In this document: piece by piece, positions 12,366-25,719 of the stretch
How the letters are laid out: each line of letters opens with the position of its first letter
How positions within the stretch are numbered: the first letter of the stretch is position 1
DNA from: Octopus sinensis
Taxonomy: Eukaryota
Reading direction: 5' to 3'
Length of the DNA stretch: 64,000 bases
NCBI RefSeq assembly: GCF_006345805.1
Contig: NC_043006.1
Location: forward strand, 23,064,001 to 23,128,000
The notes under the pieces: model-generated
The model's input: the letters and a program-made list of their open reading frames with translations, nothing else
Database searches by the model: none
What the model was told of the DNA's origin: nothing
Made by a program: the position numbers and the translations under genes

Positions 12366-12893
12366 CATTACGTCATTACGACGTCATTATCGACCTATAA
12401 GGCAATGTCAATCTCGGCGGCATTCGAACTGTTGTCTGTCGTATTTTCTTGAGAAAAAGAAGCAAAAAAATGGAATAAATCATTGATTATTAATTGTATT
12501 TCCTCGGCATATATATTTTATTTCTACTTTAGTTTGCTGCTACACTCATTAAACTAACACACACACACACACACACACACACAATGTAACCTTACTGTAC
12601 ACTTTCTGTAAATTATTCCAACTATGTTTCATAGTCGATTAAATTATTACTAAATGTGACCAATGTAGATTTATTATGTTTTAGGGCAAACTTAATTAGT
12701 CATTCCTGTTTACATGATAAATGTTTGTGAGCAGCCGTCACTAGTCCACACGACAACACGACAAATTACCATAATTTCTCACTTCTCTTTCACCGACATA
12801 TCTCAAGGTAAAGCTAGGACATTATTTCAAGCACCATTTACCTCTAACATTATGCAATTAATTACTTGTTCCTTACTTACTATTTTTGCATTC

Positions 12894-13281
12894 GGATCTT
12901 TTCAGTTTGAACGGCAGTTTTTTCTAGCGGTGTCATATGAAATTGTCACCCATAATTATGATCCTAGTATCGATCTATTGCATTTCAATGTGGGGGGGGT
13001 ATCTTTTTTTCTTCACAAATGTAAATAAACCCAATCTGTTTCTTAAACGAGGGACATATTCATACGGCACAGAATGTTTTTCACCTCAATAGACGTCAGT
13101 GATTGGTTGAAATTGCAGAAATTGAAGAAAAAAACCAAATATCTTACAAACTATAGAATTTTCTCAATAAAGCCAAGAGAAAAAGATGTTTTACAAACAC
13201 ATTCTACCAGTATACGAAGTTTAAAATTTTTTAGTTACCTAGAAATTATGTTAAAAACTGCCGTTCAAACCGAAAAGATCC
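12894..13281. mobile_element. GGATCTTTTC-TIR MITE, copy 2 (lacks the TTAGGG segment)
   Basis: TIRs present and body colinear with copy 1. No clean TSD. Confidence 0.85.
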
Positions 13282-13323
13282 TTATATTTATATCCTTATA
13301 TGCATTCTTATATTTATTTTTGA

Positions 13324-13720
13324 CTAGCAGTATCGCCCGGCGTTGCTCGGGTTTGTAAGGGAAATAACTATATAAGCCTTTTTAGAGAGTTATAGCTAAA
13401 AACTAGCAAAAAAATTCATTAAAAATGGAAAAAAATGATGGTAAATTTTTTTTTAAATCGTTGACTCATCGTAGACATTTTAGAGAGTTACTTCCCTTAT
13501 ATAATATCGGAAAAAATGCATTAAAATGGAAAAAAATGATGGTAAATTTTTTTTTAAATCGTAGACTCATCGTAGACGCGCGCTAATACCCAGAAGGGCT
13601 CGATATGAATCACGGCTATAAGATACCCGGTTTTGGTTAAACTGCACCGCAAAATGTGGGAGTAGTTAGGAATCTAAATCGGAGTAGACAGACACACAAC
13701 TTGACTTTTATATATAAAGA
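13324..13720 (-). mobile_element. Non-autonomous Helitron, copy 1
   Basis: Minus strand starts A|TC (tctttatatataaaag) and ends with hairpin cccgagcaacgccggg, then CTAG|T. No TSD. Confidence 0.8.
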
Positions 13721-14032
13721 TATTAATTTTTAATAACGGGACTTTCCAGAATATGCTGGTCGTTGATGTGTAATAGCCTTACTGTAGTAATATTCGTTGT
13801 TGTTACCGTCTCTGCCACTCTAGATTTGTCCGGATCATGATGGACTCTGATTAATGGATTTCCAGCAGTAACCACCTCCTCATTCCATTTTTAACACGAT
13901 AGAATATCATTTGAGGGATATTTAGCAACTATTTCTATCTACTGTAGCTGCTGGTAGTACCGAGAGTGGTATTGCCATAGCAGCTTGTGCTGTTGGGGAG
14001 GCGATGATGATGGCGTGGTAACGGTGATGATG

Positions 14033-14215
<183 letters not shown>

Positions 14216-15029
14216 AGGTGTCTAGTGGAATACGTAATTTACAAGGAAAAAGAAGAAATGACATAGATTCCAATGTCCGTAGCGAAGCATTTCTATGGTT
14301 TATGCGTGGTGTGTGAATAAAAAAGTTATAAGGGATGTTAATGACGTGTGTTGTGAGTGAGGAAAACAAAGTTTCAGTCGCCCAGGCCTTGAGTGTATCT
14401 AAAGATCCGAAGAGTGTACAAATGGTAAGAAGAAGTGGGTGGGATGAATCGAAGCCCCGATAAGGAAGAGCGATCGTATATATATTTGGGGAAAATACAG
14501 AGGAGGTCCAAAAGCGGAGAAGGATCAAAGAAGTAGATTGGTGAGACAGGAAATTTAACATATTGCAAGCGCAACAGTAGGGAAGCCAAATGGGAAAATA
14601 GCCATCGTGGAATGTTAAGCAAGGACCAAAGAAAAGACTTCCTTGCCCCTTTATAATTGTTGCTAGACCCTACTCAGTAATATCGGAAGGTCGGAGGATT
14701 TCTGTGACCGCAGAAAAAACCTATTTCATTATGTTTATTAAGCAAACCGCTTCCGCCGGTCAGACCAATTTCGAAGCCCATCTTTCTTCAAAGTGGGCAT
14801 CTTTCTTTGATGTTTATCTCCTCTCTCGAATCAAATGTGTAAATTTCGAGTGGGAAGTAGTTAACCGCGATTGATTGACTGTGAGAAGTGATTCTAGGAG
14901 AACTCCATTGACACAAGAAATATATTATACACGCATGTATATACCCTTCACTTCTTGTCAACCCCTTCACAAAATTAATAAATATTTCAATTTTAGAGAG
15001 ATTATTTTTTTTCTATAATTACTCTATAT

Positions 15030-15176
15030 TTCATACATACATACATACATACATACATACATACATACATACATACATACATACATACTTACATACTTAC
15101 AGACAGACAGACACACACATGTGGGTGAGCGTGTATATATACATGCATCCACAAACGCGCGTGCACACACGTATAA

Positions 15177-15253
<77 letters not shown>

Positions 15254-15375
15254 CAGGTAGATAGACAGATAGACGTAATACATACACACATACATACATA
15301 CATACATACATACATACATACATACATACATACATACATACATACATACATAAATACATACATACATACATACAT
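15030..15375. repeat. (TACA)n/(TAGA)n tetranucleotide tracts
   Basis: Direct reading. Confidence 0.95.
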
Positions 15376-15559
15376 ATTTCCCCTTTACAAAATAAAAAAT
15401 GGAAATGATCGACTACGAACGGCAAAAGAATACTTTATAAATATTCTAAATCCGAAACTTAAACCATAAATAATCAACACCGTTACTAAAAACAGTTTCC
15501 TCTATACGCATTAGCTCAGAACAATTGTGTATGTATATATGTATATATATATGTGTATG

Positions 15560-15611
<52 letters not shown>

Positions 15612-15823
15612 AAGTTAATCCAAACAAGAAAACACAGAAAAAAACACAGCAACGCGAGGACGTGGAACAATTAAAGTATTATTTGACGCCCAGGAAAGAA
15701 GGGAAGGAGGGTTTAACGTTTCGAGCAGAGCTCTTCGTCGGAAACAAGGAGAAGGAAAGATCCCGAGAAGGGAAGACAGAGGAAAAAAATATTTTTGCTG
15801 GTGGTGCTCAAGAGATCACATGT

Positions 15824-15911
<88 letters not shown>

Positions 15912-16060
15912 TGAGAGAGTTGGTGTGTGAAAGCACGTGGTTGGATGTATAAAAAAGAGTGAAAAAACTACAGAAGGCTTGTATTATAAGGTTAAAGAAT
16001 ATATTTATGTCGTTATGTTAGATTAATGTTATAAAATTTTGTGTATGTTTATGTTTATGT
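15612..16060 (-). mobile_element. Penelope-type terminal repeat with internal (TA)n
   Basis: Minus strand ccgacgaagagctctgctcgaaacgtt (hammerhead-like). 15910-16000 is the reverse complement of about 23225-23325. Confidence 0.6.
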
Positions 16061-16369
16061 TTGTGTTTTCCAGTTTCAGCTCTTGAGCTGTGGCCATGAT
16101 GGGGCACCGCCATTTGGTGTTGCTACATGATTTTACCTCACGAATGCTTTTTAGTAACATAGGTTTTGGAGAAATAACTGGTTTCGTATTTTCTTTTCAA
16201 ATTTCTCAAATTTCTTTACCTACATTTTTTCCGGTATAAGGGAGATAATCAAACATGTTGGGTATGACTAAACAAATATTATTTAGCTTAGAAGGAATAG
16301 AATGTGGTTAGGTTTTGCTTCATATCTTTTTCAATGAGATGAGTTTCTTTGATTAAAAACGTTAGAAAT

Positions 16370-17050
16370 GGTTAAGTTTTGGCTTATATTTTTCAATGAA
16401 GAATGTTTCTATTGATAGAATGGAAAGATTATAAATTGTGGTAATAGTTGCTTTGCGCATTTCTCAATATGTTCACTAAAGGGTATCATTCTGTATTCTG
16501 GGAATGCAATCTGCTATCGATGCAGAGTGCATCTGCGTCTGAGCGATAATCCCGTGGACCCTATGTAGTTTTGGTGGCAGCCCGAGTATCTTATGACATA
16601 AATTAGGTTTTCTGAAGCACAAGAAAAATTAGATTTGATCTTAAATTTTTGTCCCTCTTTAGAAGAATTCTGATCCTTCTAGAAGGTTTGGGCATGTTGC
16701 ACAGTTTGGTCTACCACATTTTTTAACTTTTGCATCCGTTATTTCAGAAAACAATTTTGCCTTTGTGAGGATCTTTTTTAGTGATTTAGGTTGTTTGTAG
16801 CTTTTAATGATTTTATGTATGTTTAAAATTTCCTTTAATTTGAGTTCCTTATGTAGCATTGATAAATTCTGGATGATGATGGTGAAGGCTTCTTTGTTTC
16901 TGGGGCTGTATGTGGATATGTAATATACAAATCCACATATTCCCATGTGATCAGAGGGAAGCCATCTTTCCAATTGCTATCTTCACCAAGACCAGATCAG
17001 TTTATTCTGTCTCTTTCATAAGCTGTCTCCTTAAGCGTTCAAAATAATTT
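16370..17050 (-). mobile_element. Penelope-like element ORF fragment (RT-EN linker + GIY-YIG endonuclease), pseudogenised
   Basis: YISTYSPRNKEAFTII.QNL...KIIKSYKQPKSLKKILTKAK...KKCGRPNCATCPNLLEGSEF, then KIKSNFSCASENLIYVIRYSGCHQNYIGSTGLSLRRR...HR*QI...SEHIEKC...IFPFYQ. GIY-YIG-type LIY...YIG motif with stops and a frameshift. Confidence 0.85.
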
Positions 17051-17069
17051 TTCCATCGTCTTGGCTTAA

Positions 17070-17620
17070 CAACCCGCATCGTTTGTCTTTACTGTCTTAT
17101 TCTCATTTTTCTGCCTTTTCCTGTTTTTATTTTTTTATTGTTTTTACTGTCTTGTTTTGTTCTTACTGTCCTGTTCTTGTTACTACTTTAACCCTCCGCA
17201 AAAAATCCCAAATTTTATTTAATTTGCTTTGCGGGAAGGACTGTTTCAACGAAGTCGCGTCTTGTCCTTACCCTCGAACGCGGAGTAGATGAAACAGGGA
17301 TAACTGAAGAAGGGAAATGTTCCTTGTGTTTTATGTCTTGTACTCTGGGTTTTTTTCGTTGTTTGAAAAAAGTTCGTTTCTATGTTTTTGTTTTTATGTT
17401 TTCGTTTCTCATTGTGTTCAACGTTTTCTGATGTCCTGTACCCATATATGCATGTATATATACATATATATGTAGGTATGTACATATATGTATGTATATG
17501 TGCATATATTTATATATTATCTATATTATATGATCGAACGCCACGCGTCCTTTTCCAAGTAAGTTTTATAATAAATACTTCTCGGTTTATTAAACAAGCA
17601 TTCTACATTACATGGACTTT
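17070..17620 (+). mobile_element. Penelope-type terminal repeat, inverted relative to the adjacent ORF
   Basis: Homologous to 48615-49135 and 59822-59890. Contains CTGAAGA plus a hairpin and abuts the GIY-YIG fragment. Confidence 0.6.
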
Positions 17621-17920
17621 CTTACTAGAAATTGCCAGACAAGGTCAGTGATTTTATTTGGTATAAATCAAGTTGAGTATTTGAACTGTTAGAGTTATTT
17701 TCGCAATTTATTCAGTACAACCCTTAGACAAGTAAATAGTATTTTCCAAAACAATATATCCACTTCTTTCGGTTAGTGACTTATTCACAAATATGTCATG
17801 ACTGACGAGGCCTTTCATGTCACTTCAGCCAATTGATAGGCGCGGCATGAAGAACTGTTCTGCTTTTAGACAAATGCGCTGTCATCATAAATGTCACACT
17901 CTGTTTTTATGTAGGAACTT

Positions 17921-18038
17921 GTGTTAATGCTTTTGATACACGTGTTAATATTTTGATACACGTGTTAATGCTTTTGATACACGTGTTAATGCTTTTGATA
18001 CACGTGTTAATGCTTTTGATACACGTGTTAATATTTTG
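17921..18038. repeat. 20-21-bp tandem repeat x5.5, each unit with ACACGTGT
   Basis: Unit gtgttaatgcttttgatacac. Confidence 0.9.
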
Positions 18039-18327
18039 TAACGGTGTACTCTATGCAACAAGCAACCACACAAGCAGACAGAAATCGCAGTTTAACAATC
18101 AATAACATTGCAATCTGCACTGTCCTCATACAGTTCACATGCAACTTGCATGTAGACACATTTTCTTAGTTCATATTGATAGCTGTGTTGATATTTTTAT
18201 AAGTATTGTAAACGTATTGATAATATACATGTTATCTCATTTTAAAATCTATATGCAAATGTATTTGTATGTCTGCTGTAAAACTAAACGTCAGTCTGTT
18301 TTTACATTCATTGTATACATTTCAACA

Positions 18328-18712
18328 GGAGGCGCAATGGCCCAGTGGTTAGGGCAGCGGACTCGCGGTCGTAGGATCGCGGTTTCGATTCCCAGACCGG
18401 GCGTTGTGAGTGTTTATTGAGCGAAAACTTCTAAAACTCCACAAGGCTCCGGCAGGGGATGGTGGTGATCCCTGCTGTACTCTTTCACCACAACTTTCTC
18501 TCACTCTTACTTCCTGTTTCTGTTGTACCTGTATTTCAAAGGGCCGGCCTTGTCACTCTCTGTGTCACGCTGAATATCCCCGAGAACAACGTTAAGGGTA
18601 CACGTGTCTGTGGAGTGCTCAGCCACTTACACGTTAATTTCACGAGCAGGCTGTTCCGTTGGTCGGATCAACCAGAACCCTCATCGTCGTAACCGACGGA
18701 GTGCTTCCATCC
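18328..18712 (+). mobile_element. tRNA-derived SINE family C, full length
   Basis: Head ggaggcgcaatggcccagtggttagg...gtttcgattccc with A/B boxes. 11-bp TSD acatttcaaca. Confidence 0.9.
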
Positions 18713-19052
18713 ACATTTCAACACTAGCGCCCCCGAGGAACGCACAAAAGCTCTTTTCAGAATTATTTACATTGAATTGTTATTATCTCATATCTGATTA
18801 GCCTGCTGTTTCGTAACATGCTTCACGATTTTGGTATACATAACTATTGGTATTTCCTCCTAAGTTCTATATACTCTGCGAACGCATTAAAGCCTTTTTG
18901 GGGGCTACTTTATTTGAATCCTTACTATCGGGTCGCTAATTTCATGTTAATGCGCAACTGACTTCACAGTTTGGGTATTCATGACCTAATGGGATTTCCT
19001 AAAAACAACATCATATGTAAGACAGTTCGGTATTCCCTATAAATGCACATAA

Positions 19053-19381
19053 GGAGCACTCCGTCGGTTACGACGACGAGGGTCCCAGCTGATATGATCA
19101 ACGGAACAGCTTGCTCGTGAAATTAACGTGCAAGTGGCTGAGCACTCCACAGACACGTGTACCTTTAACGCAGTTCGCAAAGAGATTCAGCGTGACACAG
19201 AGTGTGACAAGGCTGGCCCTTTTTTTGAAATACAGGTACTACTCATTTTTGCCATCTGAGTGGACTGGAGCAACGTGAAATAAAATGTCTTGCTCAAGAC
19301 ACAACGTGTCGCCGGGAATCGAACTCACAACCTTACGATCATGAGCCCAATGCCCTAACCACTAAGCCACGCGTCCTCACC
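19053..19381 (-). mobile_element. tRNA/CORE-like SINE family D, full length
   Basis: 12-bp TSD aaatgcacataa (19041-19052, 19382-19393). The 3' ~170 bp is shared with family C. Confidence 0.9.
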
Positions 19382-19510
19382 AAATGCACATAAAACCGTC
19401 TCAAGAGCTACAAACTTTGTATTGTTGTTATTGGATTAGTGAAACAATTATGAGAACGAGACCAAGGGATAAACCCCGCTGTTCCAGGAATTACCAGGTA
19501 CGTCAGATAG

Positions 19511-19541
<31 letters not shown>

Positions 19542-19787
19542 ACAATTGTGGATTTTGTCAAGAACCTTTCAATCCAACAATGTAACACATCTCTGACCGC
19601 CTGATAATAAGCCTTGATCATGAAATTTACATTATGTGCCTAATAATTGCCTTATGTTAATGAAATGTGCGTAAGATGATACAGCTAAATATAAGCAATC
19701 TCTATATTTTGTTTTATGCCTTTGTGTGAGGGTGCATGTGCACGCGCATTGGTGCGTTCGTGTACCTCTACACACGCACAAAAAAGG

Positions 19788-19860
<73 letters not shown>

Positions 19861-20064
19861 TATATACACATACATATACATATATCATGGTTTAGCTAAC
19901 TCTAAATTTATGATACTATATGCTTTTCTGCAAGTGAATATAAAGGACTTTATTGCCTTCATAATGTATGTATACATGTATGTGTGTTTGCGTGTATGAA
20001 TGTATGTATATGTATGTCTGTTTGCACGTATATATGTATGTGTATATATATATTAATAGCTATA

Positions 20065-20104
<40 letters not shown>

Positions 20105-20140
20105 TATGTATATATATATATATACAAAATATAGAGATTG

Positions 20141-20181
<41 letters not shown>

Positions 20182-20452
20182 GTATAGACATATATGCATA
20201 TAAACACGTATATATACGTGCACACACTCATACATACATTTACACACGCACACACACTTATACACAGTTGAATCTTACACATGTGTATATGTGAGCGTGT
20301 ATTTATGTATAAGTGTGTTTGTGTAAGACATTTAACAGGTTATACTTTCACGGTTCATTACATCCATAACTAATATATCGTACTTACCACCAGGTCACTT
20401 CAACCAACGAAACTAAAACCTTATTTATAGATTTGTTCTTAAAGACGAGAAT

Positions 20453-20580
20453 TTCACTTCTTCTTCCTCTTCTTCTTTTTCTTCTTCTTGTTTTTCTTCT
20501 TCTCTTTTTCTTCTTCTTGTTTTTCTTCTTCTTCTTTTTCTTCTTCTTCTTCTTCTTCTTCTTCTTCGTCTTCTTCTTTT

Positions 20581-20612
<32 letters not shown>

Positions 20613-20969
20613 TTCTTCGTCTTCTTCGTCGCTTTCTTCCACTTCTTCTTCCTCTTCTTCTTCTTCTCTTCTTCTTCTTCTTCTTATTCCTTCTTCCTTC
20701 TTCTCCCTTCTTCTTTCTTCTTCTTCTTTTCTTCTTCTTCTTCTTCTCCTTCTCCCTCCTCCTCCTCCTCCTCCTTCTTCTTCTTCTTCTTTCTTCTTCT
20801 TCTTCTTCTTCTCCTTCTTCTTCTTCTCTTCTTCTTTCTTCTTCTTTTTCTTCTTCCTTCTTCTCCTCCTCCTCCTCCTCCTCCTCATCCTCCTCATCCT
20901 CCTTCTTCTTCTTCTTCTTCTTCTTCTTCTTCTTCTTCTTCTTCTTCTTCTTCTTCTTCTTCTTCTTCA
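20453..20969. repeat. (CTT)n/(CCT)n homopurine-homopyrimidine tract
   Basis: About 515 bp almost exclusively C/T on the plus strand. Confidence 0.95.
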
Positions 20970-21269
20970 AACTGAAACTTCATTGGTTTCCTCTCACAGA
21001 AACAGTTATATTGTCGAATATAAGGTTATTATTTACACAAAAACTTTCATAACCTATTTCCTCATTATCGCCACCATCGCTGCCACGACCTCCATTATCT
21101 TCACCACCGCCACCGCCACCACCGCTACCACTAACACAATACGCCCAGTCATCATCATCGTCATCGTCATCATCAGCACCGTCATCTCCTTACCATTAGC
21201 ATTTTCATCATCATTGGCCTCATATTCGTTATCATGTTTTATCGTTTTATTATTAATGTCATATTATTA

Positions 21270-21500
21270 AAGGTGGTGAGATGGCAGAATCGTTGGCACG
21301 CCGGGCGAAATGCTTAGCCGTATTTCGTCTGCCGTTACGTTCTGAGTTCAAATTCCGCCGAGGTCGACTTTGCCTTTCATCCTTTCGGGGTCGATAAATT
21401 AAGTACCAGTTATACACTGAGGTCGATATAATCGACTTAATCCGTGTGTCTGTCCTTGTTTGTCCCCTCTATGTTTAGCCCCTTGTGGGCAATAAAGAAA
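21270..21500 (+). mobile_element. SINE family A
   Basis: Colinear with 3784-4013. Confidence 0.85.
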
Positions 21501-21509
21501 TATATACTA

Positions 21510-21911
21510 CTAGCAGTATCGCCCGGCATTGCTTGGGTTTGTAAGGGAAATAACTATATAAGCATTTTTAGAGATGTATAGTATAATAGCCATCTCAATT
21601 TGGCTAACCACCAAGGGGGGGGGGGTGTTACTGTAGCTTTTTTACGTTCTGAGATTTAATAATACATTTTTAGAGAGTTACTTCCCTTATATAATAGCAA
21701 ATAAATGCATTAAAAATGGGAAAAAATGATGGTAAATTTTTTTTTAAATCGTACTCATCGTAGATGCGCGCTAATACCCAGAAGGGCTCGATATGAATCA
21801 CGACTATAAGATACCCGCTTTTGGTTACACTGCACCGCAAAATGTGGGAGTAGTTAGGAATCTAAATCGTAGGAGACAGACAGCACACAACCTCACTTTT
21901 ATATATAAAGA
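21510..21911 (-). mobile_element. Non-autonomous Helitron, copy 2
   Basis: Same termini as 13324-13720, inserted between A and T. Confidence 0.8.
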
Positions 21912-21964
21912 TTAATGTCTCCTACAGCAACATCACTATCATTATTGCTATCCACAAGGTTTGA

Positions 21965-22662
21965 TAGTGAGCTGGTACATCGGAAAATATGTTTAGCAGT
22001 ATTTATTCCGGCTTTACGTTCTGTGTTCAAATTCTGCCGAAGTCGACTTTGCCTTTAATCCTTTTCGACACTTTGCTTTAATTTTCAACTGGTACTAAAA
22101 TAAGGACTAATTGAACGTCGAGATCAATGCAATCGGTTAGCTCCCTCCCACCAAATTTCAGGCCTTGTGCCTATAATAAAAAGTATTATTCGGCATGCTG
22201 GCAGAGCCGTTTGCACGCCAGGAAAAATTCTTAGCGGCATTTCGCGTTGAAGGCGGCGAGCTGGCAGAATCGTTAGCACGCCAGACGAAATGCGTAGCCG
22301 TATTTCGTCTGCCGTTACGTTCTGGGTTCAAATTCCGCCGAGGTCGACTTTGCCTTTCATCCTTTCGGGGTCGATAAATTAAGTACCAGTTACGCACTGG
22401 GGTCGATGTAATCGACTTAATCCGTCTGTCTGTCCTTGTTTGTCCTTTCTGTGTTTAGCCCCCCGTGGGTAGTAAAGAAATAGGCATTTCGCCCGTCTCT
22501 AAATACTGAGTCCAAATTCCACCGAAGTCGACTTGCCTTCGATCCTTGTGGAGGTTGATAAAATAAGTACCAGTCAAGAACTGGGTTCGATGAAAGTGAC
22601 AAGCCCCATCCCCACTCCTAAATTCCTGGCCTTGTGTCTATAATAGAAAGAAAGAATGATTA
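21965..22662 (+). mobile_element. Cluster of 3-4 family A SINEs
   Basis: Repeated ttcaaattc.gccgaggtcgactttgcc bodies, with tails ggccttgtgcctataa and ccccgtgggtagtaaagaaatagg. Confidence 0.8.
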
Positions 22663-23115
22663 TGAAATACACTGGGCATAATAAACTGAGCTAATTTTTT
22701 GACTAAGATAAATAGACAATATTTTACAGGAAGCGAAAAATAAAGTGCTTGTTTGTGATATTTATAACAAATTCAAGGATATCAATGAAATCAACTGTGT
22801 ACTGAAACTATGTCATAGACTGTTCTCTTTATTATCTTCGACAGATATCCTCATATTTTACGGGGGGGGGGTATAGTTAAACACATTGATCTCATTAAAT
22901 GGTATTTTATTTAATCGAACCCGGAAGGATTAGGTGCAAGTTCAGCACTTCAGGATTTGAACTCAGAACGTTAAGAGCAGTAACTAAATATTGGAATGTT
23001 TTTGGTCCGACGCTTAATATTTGTACCAATATACCACCCTTTCTACAAACCTGTCTGTCTGTCTCTCTGACTCACCCTCCCTCTGCTCCTCTCTGCCTTT
23101 CTCTCTCTCTCTCTT

Positions 23116-23665
<550 letters not shown>

Positions 23666-23716
23666 ATATATATATATATATATATAAACGCGTGTGTGTT
23701 TGAATAAATATATATC

Positions 23717-23774
<58 letters not shown>

Positions 23775-24061
23775 TATACTTATATACATGCATATACATA
23801 TGTATATATGCATTCACATATCTATCTATCTATATGTATATATATATAATATATATATATATATAATATATATTTACATACGTATACATATATGTATATA
23901 CACGCACACACACACATAAATATATACAGATACATATGCTTATGTGTATGTACTCATTTATGTATAATATATGTATGCATGTATATTTGTATGTATGTAT
24001 GCATGCATGCCACAAAAGATTTCATCCGGTGTTTTGCCATCTTACACTTAATGATGATGAT

Positions 24062-24063
24062 AA

Positions 24064-24132
<69 letters not shown>

Positions 24133-24150
24133 TAATAATAATAATAATAA
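24062..24150. repeat. (AAT)n microsatellite
   Basis: Direct reading. Confidence 0.95.
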
Positions 24151-24489
24151 TCGTAACGTTCGTGGTAGGGGAAGCAGTTCAGCTGGATCAAGGAGGAGTA
24201 TGTAATACTAGTGCTGGTGTTCAATTTGCAGAGACGGAATTTTTTATGCTTAAAATCTCTTTAAAAGCTCATCACACTAATATAAATCTCCTATGTTTAA
24301 ATGAATTATCATATATTACCCATTTAGTTATTTATTTACTTACTTATTTCCAGTTTTCTATTAAGAATACATTTTTTTCTCTTATGAAATTAGATTTGAA
24401 AATTTCACATTCATTCTTAATCCTATAAATTATTTCATCTCTCACGTTGGTCTGAATTTTTCTGACGTGGAGTCGTATTTGGTGATAGA

Positions 24490-24965
24490 GTTTCATCTAG
24501 AATTTGTAAATATGTATGTATATATGCATGTATGTATGTATGTATGCATGTATGTATGTATGTATGTATGTATGTATGTATGTATGTATGTATGTATGTA
24601 TGTATGTATGTATGTATGTATGTATGTATGCATTATGTATGTGTGTATGTATGTATGTATGTATGTATGTATGTATGATGTGTGTATGTATGTATGTGTT
24701 TGTGTATGTATGTATGTATGTATGTATGTATGAGTGTATGTATGTGTGTATGTATGTATATATGTATGTATTATGTATGAGTGTATGTATGTATGTATGT
24801 ATGATGTGTGTATGTATGTATGTATGTGTGTATGTATGTATGTATGTATGTATGTGTATGTATGTATGTATGTATGTGTGTATGTATGTATGTATGTATG
24901 TATGTATGTATGTATGTATTTATGTATGTATGTGCGTGTGTGTGCATCTGTGTGTGTGCGTGTGA
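24490..24965. repeat. (TATG)n long tetranucleotide tract
   Basis: Direct reading. Confidence 0.95.
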
Positions 24966-25074
24966 GTATGTTCTTTTCTATTTTTAATTATTTGGAAAAC
25001 TTCCTGTAAGGAAGGAGTTTATTTCTTACAAAGATATAGAGCTCCAGCGTTGAAATGTAGTTAACAGAAACAAT

Positions 25075-25690
25075 GTCACGTTTTGAACTTGAGAAAATTC
25101 TAACATATTTTTATTGTTCTGCTTGTAGATAGTTGTAATGTGCATGTTAGTTGGTTGACTTTTGTTTTTCTGAAAACCTTAGTTTTTCCAAATTGTCACT
25201 TAAACACTTTGAACGAAACCAAATGCACCGAGTATCATTGAAAGAATTGTGAATTTATAGACTGCATACAAAAGCTGAAAGATTCGAAGCAGTTGTCTAT
25301 ATTTATCCTCTTTCTCATTGGTTTTTTAAGGGATATTCACATCAGCAGAGCAGCTGACTTCTATGATGGTTCGTACTTTTTTATGTCTGTTTTGCCTGTT
25401 ATGTTTGTACTTGGTGGAACTTGTGTTGGGAATATTCCATTAACGTGTTGATGTTTATCTATGTATTCAGTAACAGGATGATTCCTTATATTTCTCCCAA
25501 AACATTTCGTATGGTTATTGTACATTGTCTTAATGACATCTCACGTCGCATTGGAAGGCAGTATCTTTATGACATTTATAAGGTGTCGCTCATTATATTT
25601 GTAATGTCTTCCACAAAACGTGACATAATCCAAATTTTAGGTTGCATGTTGGGGCACTAAGGGCTTCACTGTCTCTTTTGTTTATTTGGT
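25075..25690 (-). mobile_element. R4/Dong-clade LINE 3' fragment (CCHC/RLE region), decayed
   Basis: Translates with disruptions to EDITNIMS...RY.LPMR...WNIP...NEKEDKYRQLLRIFQLLYAVYKFTILSMILGAFG...LQLSTSRTIKIC*NFLKF. Confidence 0.65.
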
Positions 25691-25719
25691 GTTTTGTAGC
25701 AATTTCCTGCTCTTAGATT

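Noticed and set aside
17921-18038. CRISPR-like array (also 54639-54814)
   Set aside because: Contiguous tandem units with no unique spacers, a eukaryotic context and no cas genes.
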